A stretch of 64,000 nucleotides of DNA from Octopus sinensis (lineage: Eukaryota), in contig NC_043002.1 in assembly GCF_006345805.1 (NCBI RefSeq), forward strand, positions 69,626,001 to 69,690,000. Direction: 5' to 3'. This document shows positions 1 through 14,995 of the stretch, piece after piece. Under the pieces are notes generated by a model, which did not search any database, was not told the origin of the DNA, and saw nothing but the letters and a program-made list of their open reading frames with translations. The position numbers were made by a program, and so were the translations under genes. Numbering within the stretch: position 1 is the stretch's first letter; every line of letters starts with the position of its first letter.

Positions 1-990
<990 letters not shown>

Positions 991-1200
991 ATGTATATAT
1001 GCCGGGCTTCGTTCAGTTTTCGTTTATCAAATCTATTCACAAGGCTTTAGTCTGCCCGAATCTATAATAAAAGACACTTGCTTGAACCCGGAACCAGGTA
1101 ATTGGGAAGGAAGCATCGTATCTGCTCCTATATAATATAATATGATATGATATGATATAATATAATATAATATAATATAATATAATATAATATAATATAA

Positions 1201-1546
1201 TAGGCGTAGAAGTGGCTGTGTGGTAAGTAGCTTGCTTACCAACCACATGCTTCCGGGTTCAGTCCCATAGCCTCGGGCAAACCAAAGCCTTGTGAGTGGA
1301 TATGGTAGACGTATATATGTATATGTGTATATATGTTTGTGTGTCTGTGTTTGTCCCCCCCCCATCATCGCTTGACAACCGATGCTGGCGTGTTTACGTC
1401 CCCGTAACTTAGCGGTTCGGCAAAAGGGACCGATAGAATAAGCACTAGGCTTACCTAGAATATGTCCGGGGGTCGATTTGCTCCACTAAAGGCGGAGCTC
1501 CAGCATGGCCACAGTCAAATGACTGAATCAAGGAAAAGAATAAAAG
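1201..1546 (+). mobile_element. tRNA-derived SINE family A
   Basis: Head TGGCTGTGTGG...GGTTCAGTCCC (A/B boxes), internal microsatellite, tail GACTGAA...AAAAGA; many copies in window. Confidence 0.8.
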
Positions 1547-2427
1547 AAAAATTATATATATCTTTTATCTTTTTCATTCATTAGACTGCGATCATACTAG
1601 GGTACCACCATAAGGCGTTTAGTCAAACAAATCGACATTAGCAGTTTTTTTAAAAGCCTTGTACTTATTCTACCGGTCTCTTTTCTCCAACCGCTAAGTT
1701 ACGGAGACGTAAACAAATCAACACCAGTTGTTAAGCAGTGGTCACACACACACACACACACACACAAACAAACACGAACGCACACACATATAAAATGATA
1801 TAATATAATAAATATATTATAATATAAGTGACCAGTTTGTATTTAAAGCCTAAAGGCAAATTAATAAAGAAGGGTACAAAAATAGTACCAGCATTGCTAG
1901 AAATAAGAGTCAAAATCAACACGATAGCCAAACAAAGTATTAACCTCATGAGATTGACGAAAAGCGAGGGAGCTAAACAAATGCACCTTTCTCTGGTGAG
2001 ATAAACTCACAAAATGAAGTAAACAGATATATCCATATCACGTGATTTCGAACTTTGATAATGATCTTAGTTTCTATCAGTGGATCTTGATGATATTCCA
2101 GGTTATACATGTAACCTCAATATAATTGACAAGTATAGGCACAAAAAAAAAATTACTTTTTTCCATAGGCTGAAACAGCTGTAAGAAATTTAATGATTCT
2201 AACAATTTATATTATGTCTTTTAATAATTACTTGTATTCTTATCTTAAATGTTTTGAATTTTATATTTTATACTGTATATATGTATGTTATTATGGTTGT
2301 AGTTTTGATAATTAAATAAGACAACTTTCTAATATCCTAAAGCTAAAGCTGATAAACCAGCTAATGTGTTTCTCCATTTTCTTATTTGTAATATAAATTT
2401 TATATATATATATATATATATATATTT

Positions 2428-5006
2428 ATCAATATAGGGTGGCAAGGAAAATTTTTATAGAATTTTATTGCCACCAGCGGCCCAGTGGGAAAAAATTAAA
2501 TAGTCATAGACCATTTTTAAGTTCAACATTAACAATTAAGGAACGGCCATAATAGGCCATTCACCCACTAGAAATAACAGCCAAAGCTTCTACCGCAAAA
2601 AGATTAAATCCGTAAACAGGAGAAAATTAAAAAAACATTTACCCTGTAATTTCTTGTACGGTATACCGTTTCATCCTCTGTTTAATGGCAAACTAACCTG
2701 ATTAAATTAAATCAAGCCAATCTTCCATAAGCCCTCGGATTCTTCAGCAAGAAATAGCTCAAGACGGGACAGATATTTACACGAGGCAAACCCAATCTAG
2801 CCAAGGCAATATCTGACCTAAAATTTTCAAATCGTCGCACTCGCGCCAAATTTATCGGCAGCAAATAAATATCAGCCGTCGATTCCATTACGGAATTAAC
2901 CAAAAAATTCATAATTAATCAATATAGGGTGGCAAGGAAAATTTTTATAGAATTTTATTGCCACCAGCGGCCCAGTGGGAAAAAATTAAATAGTCATAGA
3001 CCATTTTAAGTTCAACATTAACAATTAAGGAACGGCCATAATAGGCCATTCACCCACTAGAAATAACAGCCAAAGCTTCTACCGCAAAAAGATTAAATCC
3101 GTAAACAGGAGAAAATTAAAAAAACATTTACCCTGTAATTTCTTGTACGGTATACCGTTTCATCTTCTGTTTAATGGCAAACTAACCTGATTAAATTAAT
3201 CAAGCCAATCTTCCATAAGCCCTCGGATTCTTCAGCAAGAAATAGCTCAAGACGGGACAGATATTTACACGAGGCAAACCCAATCTAGCCAAGGCAATAT
3301 CTGACCTAAAATTTTCAAATCGTCGCACTCGCGCCAAATTTATCGGCAGCAAATAAATATCAGCCGTCGATTCCATTACGGAATTAACCAAAAAATTCAT
3401 AATTAATCAATATAGGGTGGCAAGGAAAATTTTTATAGAATTTTATTGCCACCAGCGGCCCAGTGGGAAAAAATTAAATAGTCATAGACCATTTTTAAGT
3501 TCAACATTAACAATTAAGGAACGGCCATAATAGGCCATTCACCCACTAGAAATAACAGCCAAAGCTTCTACCGCAAAAAGATTAAATCCGTAAACAGGAG
3601 AAAATTAAAAAAACATTTACCCTGTAATTTCTTGTACGGTATACCGTTTCATCCTCTGTTTAATGGCAAACTAACCTGATTAAATTAAATCAAGCCAATC
3701 TTCCATAAGCCCTCGCGAGTGCGACGATTTGAAAATTTTAGGTCAGATATTGCCTTGGCTAGATTGGGTTTGCCTCGTGTAAATATCTGTCCCGTCTTGA
3801 GCTATTTCTTGCTGAAGAATCCGAGGGCTTATGGAAGATTGGCTTGATTTAATTTAATCAGGTTAGTTGCCATTAAACAGAGGATGAAACGGTATACCGT
3901 ACAAGAAATTACAGGGTAAATGTTTTTTTAATTTTCTCCTGTTACGGATTTAATCTTTTTGCGGTAGAAGCTTTGGCTGTTATTTCTAGTGGGTGAATGG
4001 CCTATTATGGCCGTTCCTTAATTGTTAATGTTGAACTTAAAAATGGTCTATGACTATTTAATTTTTTCCCACTGGGCCGCTGGTGGCAATAAAATTCTAT
4101 AAAAATTTTCCTTGCCACCCTATATTGATTAATTATGAATTTTTTGGTTAATTCCGTAATGGAATCGACGGCTGATATTTATTTGCTGCCGATAAATTTG
4201 GCGCGAGTGCGACGATTTGAAAATTTTAGGTCAGATATTGCCTTGGCTAGATTGGGTTTGCCTCGTGTAAATATCTGTCCCGTCTTGAGCTATTTCTTGC
4301 TGAAGAATCCGAGGGCTTATGGAAGATTGGCTTGATTTAATTTAATCAGGTTAGTTTGCCATTAAACAGAGGATGAAACGGTATACCGTACAAGAAATTA
4401 CAGGGTAAATGTTTTTTTAATTTTCTCCTGTTTACGGATTTAATCTTTTTGCGGTAGAAGCTTTGGCTGTTATTTCTAGTGGGTGAATGGCCTATTATGG
4501 CCGTTCCTTAATTGTTAATGTTGAACTTAAAAATGGTCTATGACTATTTAATTTTTTCCCACTGGGCCGCTGGTGGCAATAAAATTCTATAAAAATTTTC
4601 CTTGCCACCCTATATTGATTAATTATGAATTTTTTGGTTAATTCCGTAATGGAATCGACGGCTGATATTTATTTGCTGCCGATAAATTTGGCGCGAGTGC
4701 GACGATTTGAAAATTTTAGGTCAGATATTGCCTTGGCTAGATTGGGTTTGCCTCGTGTAAATATCTGTCCCGTCTTGAGCTATTTCTTGCTGAAGAATCC
4801 GAGGGCTTATGGAAGATTGGCTTGATTTAATTTAATCAGGTTAGTTTGCCATTAAACAGAGGATGAAACGGTATACCGTACAAGAAATTACAGGGTAAAT
4901 GTTTTTTTAATTTTCTCTGTTTACGGATTTAATCTTTTTGCGGTAGAAGCTTTGGCTGTTATTTCTAGTGGGTGAATGGCCTATTATGGCCGTTCCTTAA
5001 TTGTTA

Positions 5007-5008
<2 letters not shown>
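2428..5008. repeat. Tandem array of ~490-bp units folded into a large inverted repeat
   Basis: Forward units start at 2428, 2918, 3406 (partial); strand switch at ~3715; reverse-complement units run to 5008; (TA)n on both sides. Confidence 0.95.
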
Positions 5009-5060
<52 letters not shown>

Positions 5061-5066
5061 CATACA

Positions 5067-5099
<33 letters not shown>

Positions 5100-6041
5100 C
5101 TACTAAATCCACTCACAAGGCTCTGGTCGGCCGGAGACTATAATAGAAGACACCTTCCTAAAGTTCCACACAGTGGGGGCTGAAATGGAACCTTGTGGTT
5201 GGGAAGCATGCTTCTTGTAACGCAGCCACGCCTGCACTTATCAACAGATAATGACCACAGATTGTCAAATGAATAATTTAGAAGAATAACAATGAGCATA
5301 ACATGATATTCCATAATGTGTGGACCTGAAGAAAAGTGCCCATCAAAAGTATGCATTCACATTATAAGAAATATGAGTAACGATGCAGAAACACGTGTCT
5401 TACAGTCGGATCGTGTCAGTCATAGCCCCGTGGTGTATTTTCACATTCATTGTCTAAAAGAAGGGTTTCTCTCCCGAAAAAGTTTCAACAGCAAAGATTT
5501 TTTTTTCTATGTGGAGAGTAAATTAACATGTAAAATACAATTGTACAAACTTATAATATTATAATCATCATTGCTTAATGTTCCTCTCATAAGGGGTTTT
5601 TCTTTCCCGAAACAGCTTCTGCTGCGAAGGTTTTTTTCTATGTATAAGTGTACACGTACATGTTACATATAACTGTACACATGAATGTTTTAATCATTAC
5701 TGTTTAGTGTGACTCTAATTGATTAATTCCAGCTTAACAAAGCTTTAGAAATATCAGCAAATGTATTATTTGCTGTTTAAACGTAAGAACAACAATTATT
5801 GCATTCAAACTGTGTTGTGGGGTGACTCGACACTCCCGCACGTGACTGTCAGGACTGGACATCTCTTTTGAACAGATGAGCCTGTAGATAGTTGAGGTCG
5901 AACTATGAAAGCGTTAGTCTCGTTATTGATTCTGCTTTGGAGTGTTATTGTGTGAACGGTTATAAGATAACCAATCTTGTTACATTGTTACATTGCTCAT
6001 TATTATACGGTTATATTTGGTATTGTGATATATTGTTACAC

Positions 6042-6074
<33 letters not shown>

Positions 6075-6129
6075 TCGTATATCGTCAGTGACGACATAGC
6101 AAACTGTTTCAGTGTTCGTAGCTGATGGA

Positions 6130-6600
6130 GGTATTGCAACCTAGAAAGCCCTGTCATACGGTCCATTGATGTCATTCGCATCCCAGTCGTGAGTTTTCGT
6201 ATATTGTCTACAAGAACAATTTCTCTCCCGAGACAATATCTAATCATCATTTGATTGTATACATCTATATTAGGCACAGCACGACCGAATGATTAAAAAG
6301 TTTCTTTCGTAATCACGGGGTTGCAGATTCGTACTGTAAATCGGGATCGACCGAGCTTTTGGCTTTGTTTGTCTACGCTAAGCTGGCATTGGAACACTTG
6401 TATTACTGTTTGGCTAACATATCACCCCAGACAAACTTCTTGACCGATACTGCTGTCGGATGTTTTCAGCTGCGTCGGTACACGCGAAGGCGCTCGATTT
6501 GCATCACACGTTTTGCAGAAGATAATGAACTCACGGTGTGGTGTCTTGGGCAAATTCACCTTGAGTTGATACACGCCTCGGGTGTAAGTTCAATTTGCGT
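6130..6600 (-). mobile_element. Highly decayed mariner-like transposase fragment
   Basis: Minus peptide AAENIRQQYRSRSLS weakly resembles the mariner HTH region; stops and frameshifts. Confidence 0.3.
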
Positions 6601-7180
6601 GGACTGAAACTGATCGAAACTCGTCGGATGGATCATACCTGCAACTCAAAGGTCCAGTACTATCACAGATTGTGTCACGATTATTCTGCATGAGGGTTAC
6701 GTTACGAATATAGTAGTATGTGGAATACTCAGCCAGTTATATGTTAATTCAATGAACAAGTAACTCAGTTGATCGAATAACTGAGTTCACGTCGTCAAAA
6801 CCAACGAACATCAAACATCGAGATAACTTTAGCTCTTGGTCCTCCAGCGATGCTCAGCGCATTGGGCGGCAAGCTTCCTTCACCGGCTTTGGACGGCTGC
6901 TACTCTTGCAAATAAATTTCAGGTTATGTTGACTGTTTTTAGGTCATATTGAATTGTCCAGCGCCAAGTGATCTTCCACCTGCCAACATGTGGTGCCCGA
7001 GTCCTGGCTGTTTTTGAGTGACATCTATATAGATCTCTATCACTTTTGAGTTTTGGTTCCTATTTTATTCAACTGGACGTTCATAGCTATTTGATGTACA
7101 TAAAAAAAATTCTACTGTATTCTTATAATCAAATATTATCAAGAATTGTATAAAAAACAAATTAAAATATGTGTATTATT

Positions 7181-7543
7181 CTTTTACTCTTTCATTTGTT
7201 TTTGCCATTTGACTGCAGCCATGCTGGAGCACCGCCTTTAGTCGAACAAATCGACTCCAGGACATTCTTTGTAAGCCTAGTACTTATTCTATCGGTCTCT
7301 TTTGCCGAACCGCTAAGTTATGGGGACGTAAGCACACCAGCATTGGTTGTCAAGCGACACATATACATATACATACATATATGTATGACAGGCTTCTTTC
7401 ATTTTCCATCGACGAAATCCACTCACAAGGCTTTGGTCGGCCCAAGGTTATAGTAGAAAACACTTGCCTAAGGTGCCACGCAGTGGGACTGAACCGGGAA
7501 CCATGTGGTTGGGAAGCAAGCTTCTTACCACACAGCCACTCCT
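7181..7543 (-). mobile_element. SINE family A
   Basis: Reverse complement of the family-A consensus, head at 7543. Confidence 0.8.
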
Positions 7544-8493
7544 ATTGCAGATAAATTTTACCTACAAAATCTTATATGGACCCCCAAACGCCTTATTGGA
7601 CCCCATTTGAGAACCACTAGTCTAGATATAAATATAATCCTATAATTTCCGGGGACCTCGAAATAGGTACTTTTGGGCGCAGGAATATCTGTGTAGTAAA
7701 GAATTGTGCTTCTTAACCAACCACGTGGTATTCCTTTCATTTCTTGATTTCGGCTCCTTAAGCAAGTGTCTGCTCCTATAACCGTAAGCCTGATAATACT
7801 TGTGAGTGAATTTGTTAGACAAACTGTGTAGAAGCGTGTCACATATATGTATGCATGAGCGTCTTTGTGTTTGCATCCACATTGCATGACATACCCAAGG
7901 CCTAGCGGTTCAGTAAAAATATCCAGATTATTGGGGCTTATTTGTTCGACTGAACCCTTCAAGACGGTGCCCCACCATCGCCGTAGTCTAATGACTGAAA
8001 CAAATAAAACTAAAAGAACAGTGAAAGTCCACAATGTTACAATTCTTCTACAAACTTGAGAGATGGTTAGATGGAAAGTTCAAAAGCTGTAGAGAGGTAT
8101 AAAGTTCACTGCTTGACTAAGTTGAATAACAATAAAGGAGGTTGAATACAAGGAACTGATTTAATATTTGTAAACAAAACAGGTGTTTTGTTATGCTATT
8201 ACGGATCGATGGCAGAATTAGAAGATGAAATGAAGAGAGAAGAAATTAATTACAAGGGTCTGATTTTGTAAGTCATAGGTCAAAATGATTGAGTGTCCCC
8301 CAGTGCTGGAAAAATACTTATTTTATTGACTTCCCCTCAAAATGTATACGACAAAGTTGAATGCAGAAGTAATAAGGATGAAATTAACCTAACACTCCAC
8401 TGTCCCGTGCTCGGTTACCCCGAAGTCTTAATTAGATAAAAGAGAATAATAAAAACAAGCAAAGATGTTTTTTTTTTGAGATATTTTTACAAT

Positions 8494-8499
8494 TTTATT
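8494..8499 (-). promoter_or_regulatory. Candidate polyadenylation signal AATAAA of the collagen gene
   Basis: AATAAA on minus strand about 515 nt after the stop codon; a second one at 8322-8327. Confidence 0.35.
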
Positions 8500-9013
8500 T
8501 TAAAACTTTGATTCCCTCTCCAGCTGAAATTAGATCAGGAAGCAGGCAGTCTAGACAGATGGCGCTGAAATATTTATGCAATAAAAGAATATTTTATTAC
8601 AGAAGTGTTGCACCTAAAAATATCAACATTTAGCGTTCATGAAAATGATATTTCATTCAATTCTATATATTTCATATCTGTACACTGGCAAGTATGGTTG
8701 TATATTGCCTATTGTTCTGGATCCACACTGAGCCAAAATGTCTGCAACTATGCCGAAAAGATCTTAGAGTGGCTCCAGAAGAACGCAATTTGATTTAGAA
8801 AGCAACAAAATAAAAAAATATATATATCAGTTGTTGTTATTACTGATATCTATTCTTTCTTTAGTTTTTGTCTATGGACTGTCTACACCTTTCTGTCACA
8901 GAGTTTTTAAAAATTCTTTCTCTTTTAACAGCCATCACTTGATTTTTACTTGTTTGTTTCTTAATATCTCAATTGGAGACGGCGGATGGTAAAGTAGATG
9001 GTAGCGTTTTCAT

Positions 9014-9160
9014 CTAACTGAAGCACACTTCTCCGATTTCCAAACCGAAATTCTGGTTTTCGAATCCAATATCTTTAAGGGCAATATCTTTTACTGGCAA
9101 CATTTTTGTCTGTTTGGTGTCAATTTCAAAAACAGTCTTGCCCCATTGGTTCATCTGTTG
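9014..9160 (-). CDS. Collagen exon 46, COLFI C-terminus and stop
   Basis: [48 protein letters not shown](TAG). Confidence 0.95.
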   Translation of the reverse strand, partial: QQMNQWGKTVFEIDTKQTKMLPVKDIALKDIGFENQNFGLEIGEVCFS

Positions 9161-10637
9161 CTGTAAAGAAACAAGAAAAATACATTTTGTTTAAATAAAT
9201 ATGATACGAATACGAGAGGCAAATAAAATGAAATTTAATGATGCTGAAGTAATCTGAACATTTTGATTTCTAGTGTGAAACTAGATGCGCTACCATTGCA
9301 TGGTCAATACAGATAAACTATCAAAGTTTTTCTCCTCACATTAGCAGTTAATCATTAGCACGTTTGCGATACTGTAAAATTTCAATTTCTCATTATCTTC
9401 TTCGGAACTACAAAGTAACTTGAATCTATCACCAAAAGCGAATAAACATCTGTAAAGGATACTATACACTTGTTGCTTACATTGGTTAACGTTTCCTACC
9501 TCACGCTACTTAATGAGTGTTAAGCTTGCAATCGCTTTACACAAATTACAGTGCCACTTACTAGAGTCAGGTATGATTCTTTTTATCAATCCAGGTGATT
9601 AGAGATGTATTTTTTTATACTTGTTAACGCTTCTCAATTAATTACTGCCATTAAGCATATCTTTTTTTCATTTTAAACTGAAAGAAATACATGTTGGGGC
9701 TCTTCATGAAAAACAAAAATTAAGTAAGGCCGTTTTTCTTCCCAACAAAAGATTGGCATTTAGGTAATTTAGCTGCATAATATTTCAGCTAAATACGAAT
9801 CAGTTAAAATAATATTTCGGTAATTTCATGTTCATTTAGCTTCCTTTCATTTGATTTTAATTAATATTTCCAATTTGTTGATTAAATATTTCATGAGATT
9901 TAATGTATTAAAAGTACTACAATTTAGAAAAAAACAAAAAAAAACCCCAAAAACAAGGAATGAAGAAAGAAAATGAAATATACTTACTTGACAGCTATCT
10001 AATCTTACATTGTATGTTTGTCTACGTAATTCGTGATTAGCATAGAATTCGTCGCCATTGTAAGCTAAGAATCTAATTCCAGAACTCCTTGAATTGAAGC
10101 AGTTGTATGTGATGTTCTGACGAGCACGAACAGAGTGGAGATGTAAGAAGTTAATCTGGCTGGCTTCCATTTTGCCGTATGTCAACTGTAGTGGAAAGAG
10201 AAATAGGGAAAAAAAGACAATGAGAATAAACCAATATGTGAATTATATATATAAAAAAAGTCATAATAAATATCTGTTTATGTTTAAGTTCGATTCAATC
10301 TGAGTTAATTGCTTGAACTTGCAGTATAGCCAGGAAAGTCAGAAGAGCCAGAATAGCTACCTCTCTTTTTTTCTTCTTCTTTTTTTTCTATTTATCAAGG
10401 ATATTCAATTTGTCTTTGAAGATATGATATTTACGTACTTTGATGAATAATATCCGGTAGAATAAAGAATCTTGCTTAGAAACGTTTGCAAGACATTTAA
10501 ACTTAAGTTATAAACTGGTTACTAAAAAGCTTATTTATGCAGAATAATCAGTATATCATTAAAAAATCAGCACATAATATTTTAAAACAGAATACTAATG
10601 TTGAATGTTATGCCTTGGTTAAATGATACTACAGTTA

Positions 10638-10701
<64 letters not shown>

Positions 10702-10912
10702 GTTTCAAATTTTGCTACAAGGGCAGCAGTTTTGAGGGAGAGGATTAGTCGATTACAGCAATCTCAGTGTTTAACTGGTACTTATTTTATCGACCCTGAA
10801 AGGATGAAAGGCAAAGTCAACCTCGGCAGAGCTTGAACTAAGAACGTAGCAAGGGGCGAAATACTGCTAAGCAATTCGCCCGGTGTGCTAACAGTTCTGC
10901 CAGCTCACCTCC

Positions 10913-10948
<36 letters not shown>

Positions 10949-13900
10949 TAATAATAATAATGATGATGATGATGATGATAATAATCTATTTAGTTTTTTT
11001 TTTCGCTTCACTAAAATGAAGCAAAAGAAAAAGTTTACCATAACCAAGTTTCAAATGTGGTTATTTTTTAAAAGCTTACCTCATCTTCTTGAACAATTTC
11101 ACGAACAAAGTATTGGTCAGGAGCGGTATTCTTTGTCCATACTGCATTTTTGAACTGAAATTGAAAGACGTAATAATCAAATTTTTAATTCATTAGTAAT
11201 ATATATATAAATACATACATTTAACTAGACACAAGGGCAAATGTCACAGGTTAGTGGATAGCTGCATGATGGATAGTAGAGCACCGAGATAAGGCAGCTC
11301 TTCAGATAACGTTTTCCCTTTGTTTTATATTTTAGGTAAACCATCTATTGTAGGTTGTTTTACTAACCACGTGGTAATAAATGAGAAAGTAGCTTTCGGG
11401 GTGACATGATCTCAGCAATTAGAGCGACATAAAGAACACTTTAGTCGGAGACTCTACCACCCGACCATCAACTCTGCAATGTAAGAAATCAAACTGACAT
11501 CTTCATAAACGCAGTGCCGTTATGAAGTTAAATCGAGACATTACTGGTATTTACTGATGAGTGTTTCGTATCTCACCAACGCCCGCAGGTGATGAAAGGC
11601 AAAGTGGACACTGTCGGAATTTGAAATTAGAGTGCAGAGGAGCCAATCGGTAGGGTAGAAAACATATGAACCAACGCTCTGTATGTAATACCAAATATTG
11701 TAATAAGTGAAATAAATCAAACCGCTTGGAAAGTAGGAAAGTTTTATATGGAAATTAGCCAGTAAAATTCGCAATCACTTTCAGTTATAAGTTCGATAAA
11801 ACAATTTTATCTTAACAAAATTGTTTTAGTAATCTGAGTATATATACCAACGTGAATCAACAAGATGAGTTTGCGAAAAAATTTTGATTCTCTTTTTGAA
11901 GTCGTTTGATTTTATGTTGCCAATATCCCCCTGAAAATAGCATCATCACGTTTTTACATCTTTATATAATAAATTGGTTAAAGAAAAATTATGTGTCTGA
12001 AAAGACTTACTTCAACATGATCGGGTGTGAGACAGGTCTCTCCGGTATGCATGTTACAGAAAACTTCGAAAGCATCAGAGATAGAGTCGCCATTAGGATC
12101 AATGAAGTATTTGCCTGAAACGAAAGAAGATCCCAGTGTAAAAAGTATGACTTTTATAAATGAGCAGTTCGTCTAATGCTTATAATTTTATTCCATTAGT
12201 TTTCCCGTCGACTGAGGCAAAACAATATTCTTTTTTACTCTAGGCACAAGGCCCAAAATTTTTGGGAAGGAGGCCAGTCGACTTGATCGACCCCAGTACA
12301 CAACTGGTACTTATTTTATCGACCCCTAAAGGATGAAAGGCATAGTCGACCTCGGCGGAATTTGAACTCAGAACGTAAAGACAGGCGAAATACTGCTAAG
12401 CATTTTACCCGGTGTGCTAACGTTTCTGCCAGCTCGCCACCTTGAGGCTAAACAATATCAACATTAAATGCAACATATGAAGGTCCGTGGCTTTGTGATT
12501 AGGGTATCGTACGATTTCAAAATCGTGGGTTCCATTCCCAGTCCGGATGGAGGGTCATATTCTTGAGCAAAACACTTCACATTACGTTGCTCCACTCTGC
12601 TCACTAGTAAATGGGTAACACTGTGACAGACGGGGTTAATGTGTTGGTCTGCACGCCTAGCAATCAGAGTGGTATCATTCGAAAGCTACAACAATGCGAG
12701 TAATTGCGTTGTGATCAACGATGTAGTGGATACAGTGAAATGTCAAAGACAGTGGGGGTGGGGGGATGAAGTGGGTGAACAAATATTCTATCATATTCTG
12801 ACAATTGGCTTGTTCACCAGCACATACTGATGCTATGGTTCGTTATAAGTGGAAAAAAAAAGCATTCCAAAGGATACACAAGTGTGATTCAGAAAGTTAT
12901 CTCTTATTCATTCCTGGATCATCCTTTTGAGAAGAATAAAGCGATTGATAAAACTGATAGAGGGAAAGAACATAGAGATGGAGAAAAACTAAGAGAGCAA
13001 GGTGAACAAGAAAAAGAAGAGAAAGAGCAGAAAGGAAGAAAAACTCAGAGAAAAGAATACTGACCACTGTCCAAACGTTTCTTCTCACTGTTGATCAAGA
13101 TATCGTTGCAGGTAGATCCAGGATTGTGCTTGGAACCGCTTGGTTTCTTGACACGGTTAATAGCGCCAAGAGCTTGATTAAGAACAGTCATTGCATCACC
13201 TTGAGGCTCATCACCCTATTAAAATAAGTATCTAGTTATAGTTACAATATAAATTGTTATTTCTTTATTGCCCACAAGGGGCTAAACATAGAGGGGATAA
13301 ACAAGGACAGACAAAGAGATTAAGTCGATTACATCGACCACAGTGCTTAACTGGTACTTAATTTATCGACCCCGAAAGGGTGAAAGGCAAAGTCAACCTC
13401 AACGGAATTTTAACTCAGAACGTAAAGGCAGACGAAATACCGCTAAGCATTTCGCCCGGCGTGCTAACGATTCTGCCAGCTCACCAATTTAGAAATAAAT
13501 TGTGTTTATATTTATCGATATTTTCCAATGTCTTTGTATTTCATCAAATTATACGGCTATATTAACGAAAAGTTATTTGTTACTACTTATTGACGAAATG
13601 TTGTGTACTTGTAAACTTTCAACTTACGTAATATCTATCAGCTGAGTCGGGTCCTTTCACTGGGTTTGATGGGTAGAAAGGTGCACTTCCGGCAGATGCG
13701 TAGCCCTGTAATATTTAAAATAGAAAGAAAAAATTATTTTTCTCGTGAACAGTGAAAAAGAACAACTCATATAAGTAAACAGCTAAAAAGATTTTAAATA
13801 AAATTACTGCAATGTATTTCTTTCCATTAATAACTTCTGTTTCGGCTCAAAGCCATAAATTTGGAATTGGACATTTAAATCCATCCAGTAATGGTCTAGC

Positions 13901-14428
13901 ATTTATTGTATTTAAGACTGCCTCGATTTTTGCTGTAAATAACGAAATTTACCGAAAGGCGTTGATAAGCAATTTAAGTTTATAATATTCTTTCTAATTA
14001 GGTACGAAAAAACTGAAATTTTTTTTGGTGGGGAACTAGTCAATTACATCACCCCTTGTGCTCAACTAGTAATTTATTTTATAGACTCTGAAAGGATAAA
14101 CAGTAAAGTTGACCTCGGCGGAATTTGAACTCAGAATGTAAAGCCGAAGAAATGCTAACGGTTTTGTCAACTCACCGCCTTCAGTTTATATTATAACAAT
14201 GATAAAGAAATTCGACAAAATACTTACAGGTGGTCCAGGTGGTCCAGGAGGTCCAGTGTTACCCTAAAATATCAAAAAAGAAACATTATTATTGATTATA
14301 TCAAATTTGCAACGATACATTTATATATGCATACACATATATACACATAAACATATATATATATATGTGTGTGTGTGTATATATGTGTATGTCTATATGT
14401 ATGCGTATGTATACATATATATGCATAC

Positions 14429-14466
<38 letters not shown>

Positions 14467-14650
14467 ATATATGTATATTTACATATGTATACATATATGC
14501 ATACATATACACACACATATATATATATAATACGTATATACATATATATATATACATATATATATATAATATATATATATATATTATATATATATATATA
14601 TACATATATATAATATATATATATATATATATAAATATATTTACATATAC

Positions 14651-14702
<52 letters not shown>

Positions 14703-14910
14703 GTATAATATACATATCTATATACACATATATATATATATACATATATATCCATATATAGATCATATATATCCATATATATATATATATCATATATTAT
14801 ATCTATATATCTTCTGTGAACAATTCATCTACTAAGAAGAATTCCTAAGTTCGACGAATGAATTTAGCACAAATATGAAAGCTTGGAAAGTATGTTTGTA
14901 TGTAAGCAGA

Positions 14911-14995
<85 letters not shown>

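Noticed and set aside
1731-1949. Signal-peptide-like ORF MRLILCLAIVLILTLISSNAG (minus strand)
   Set aside because: It runs into (TA)/(CA) repeats, the only candidate intron is 39 nt, and there is no supporting downstream exon. Hydrophobic stretches arise easily from T-rich DNA.
2081-2180. Possible plus-strand small exons (DLDDIPGYTCNLNIIDK; 12-nt AG..GTAAGA at 2169-2180)
   Set aside because: No coherent gene model or recognisable homology; splice-like motifs are common in AT-rich DNA.
2428-5008. CRISPR-like or prokaryotic array
   Set aside because: Units are 490 bp and identical with no unique spacers, and the context is eukaryotic.
7595-7620. hAT-like terminus TAGTGGTTCTCAAA (minus strand)
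   Set aside because: No matching second terminus or TSD found.
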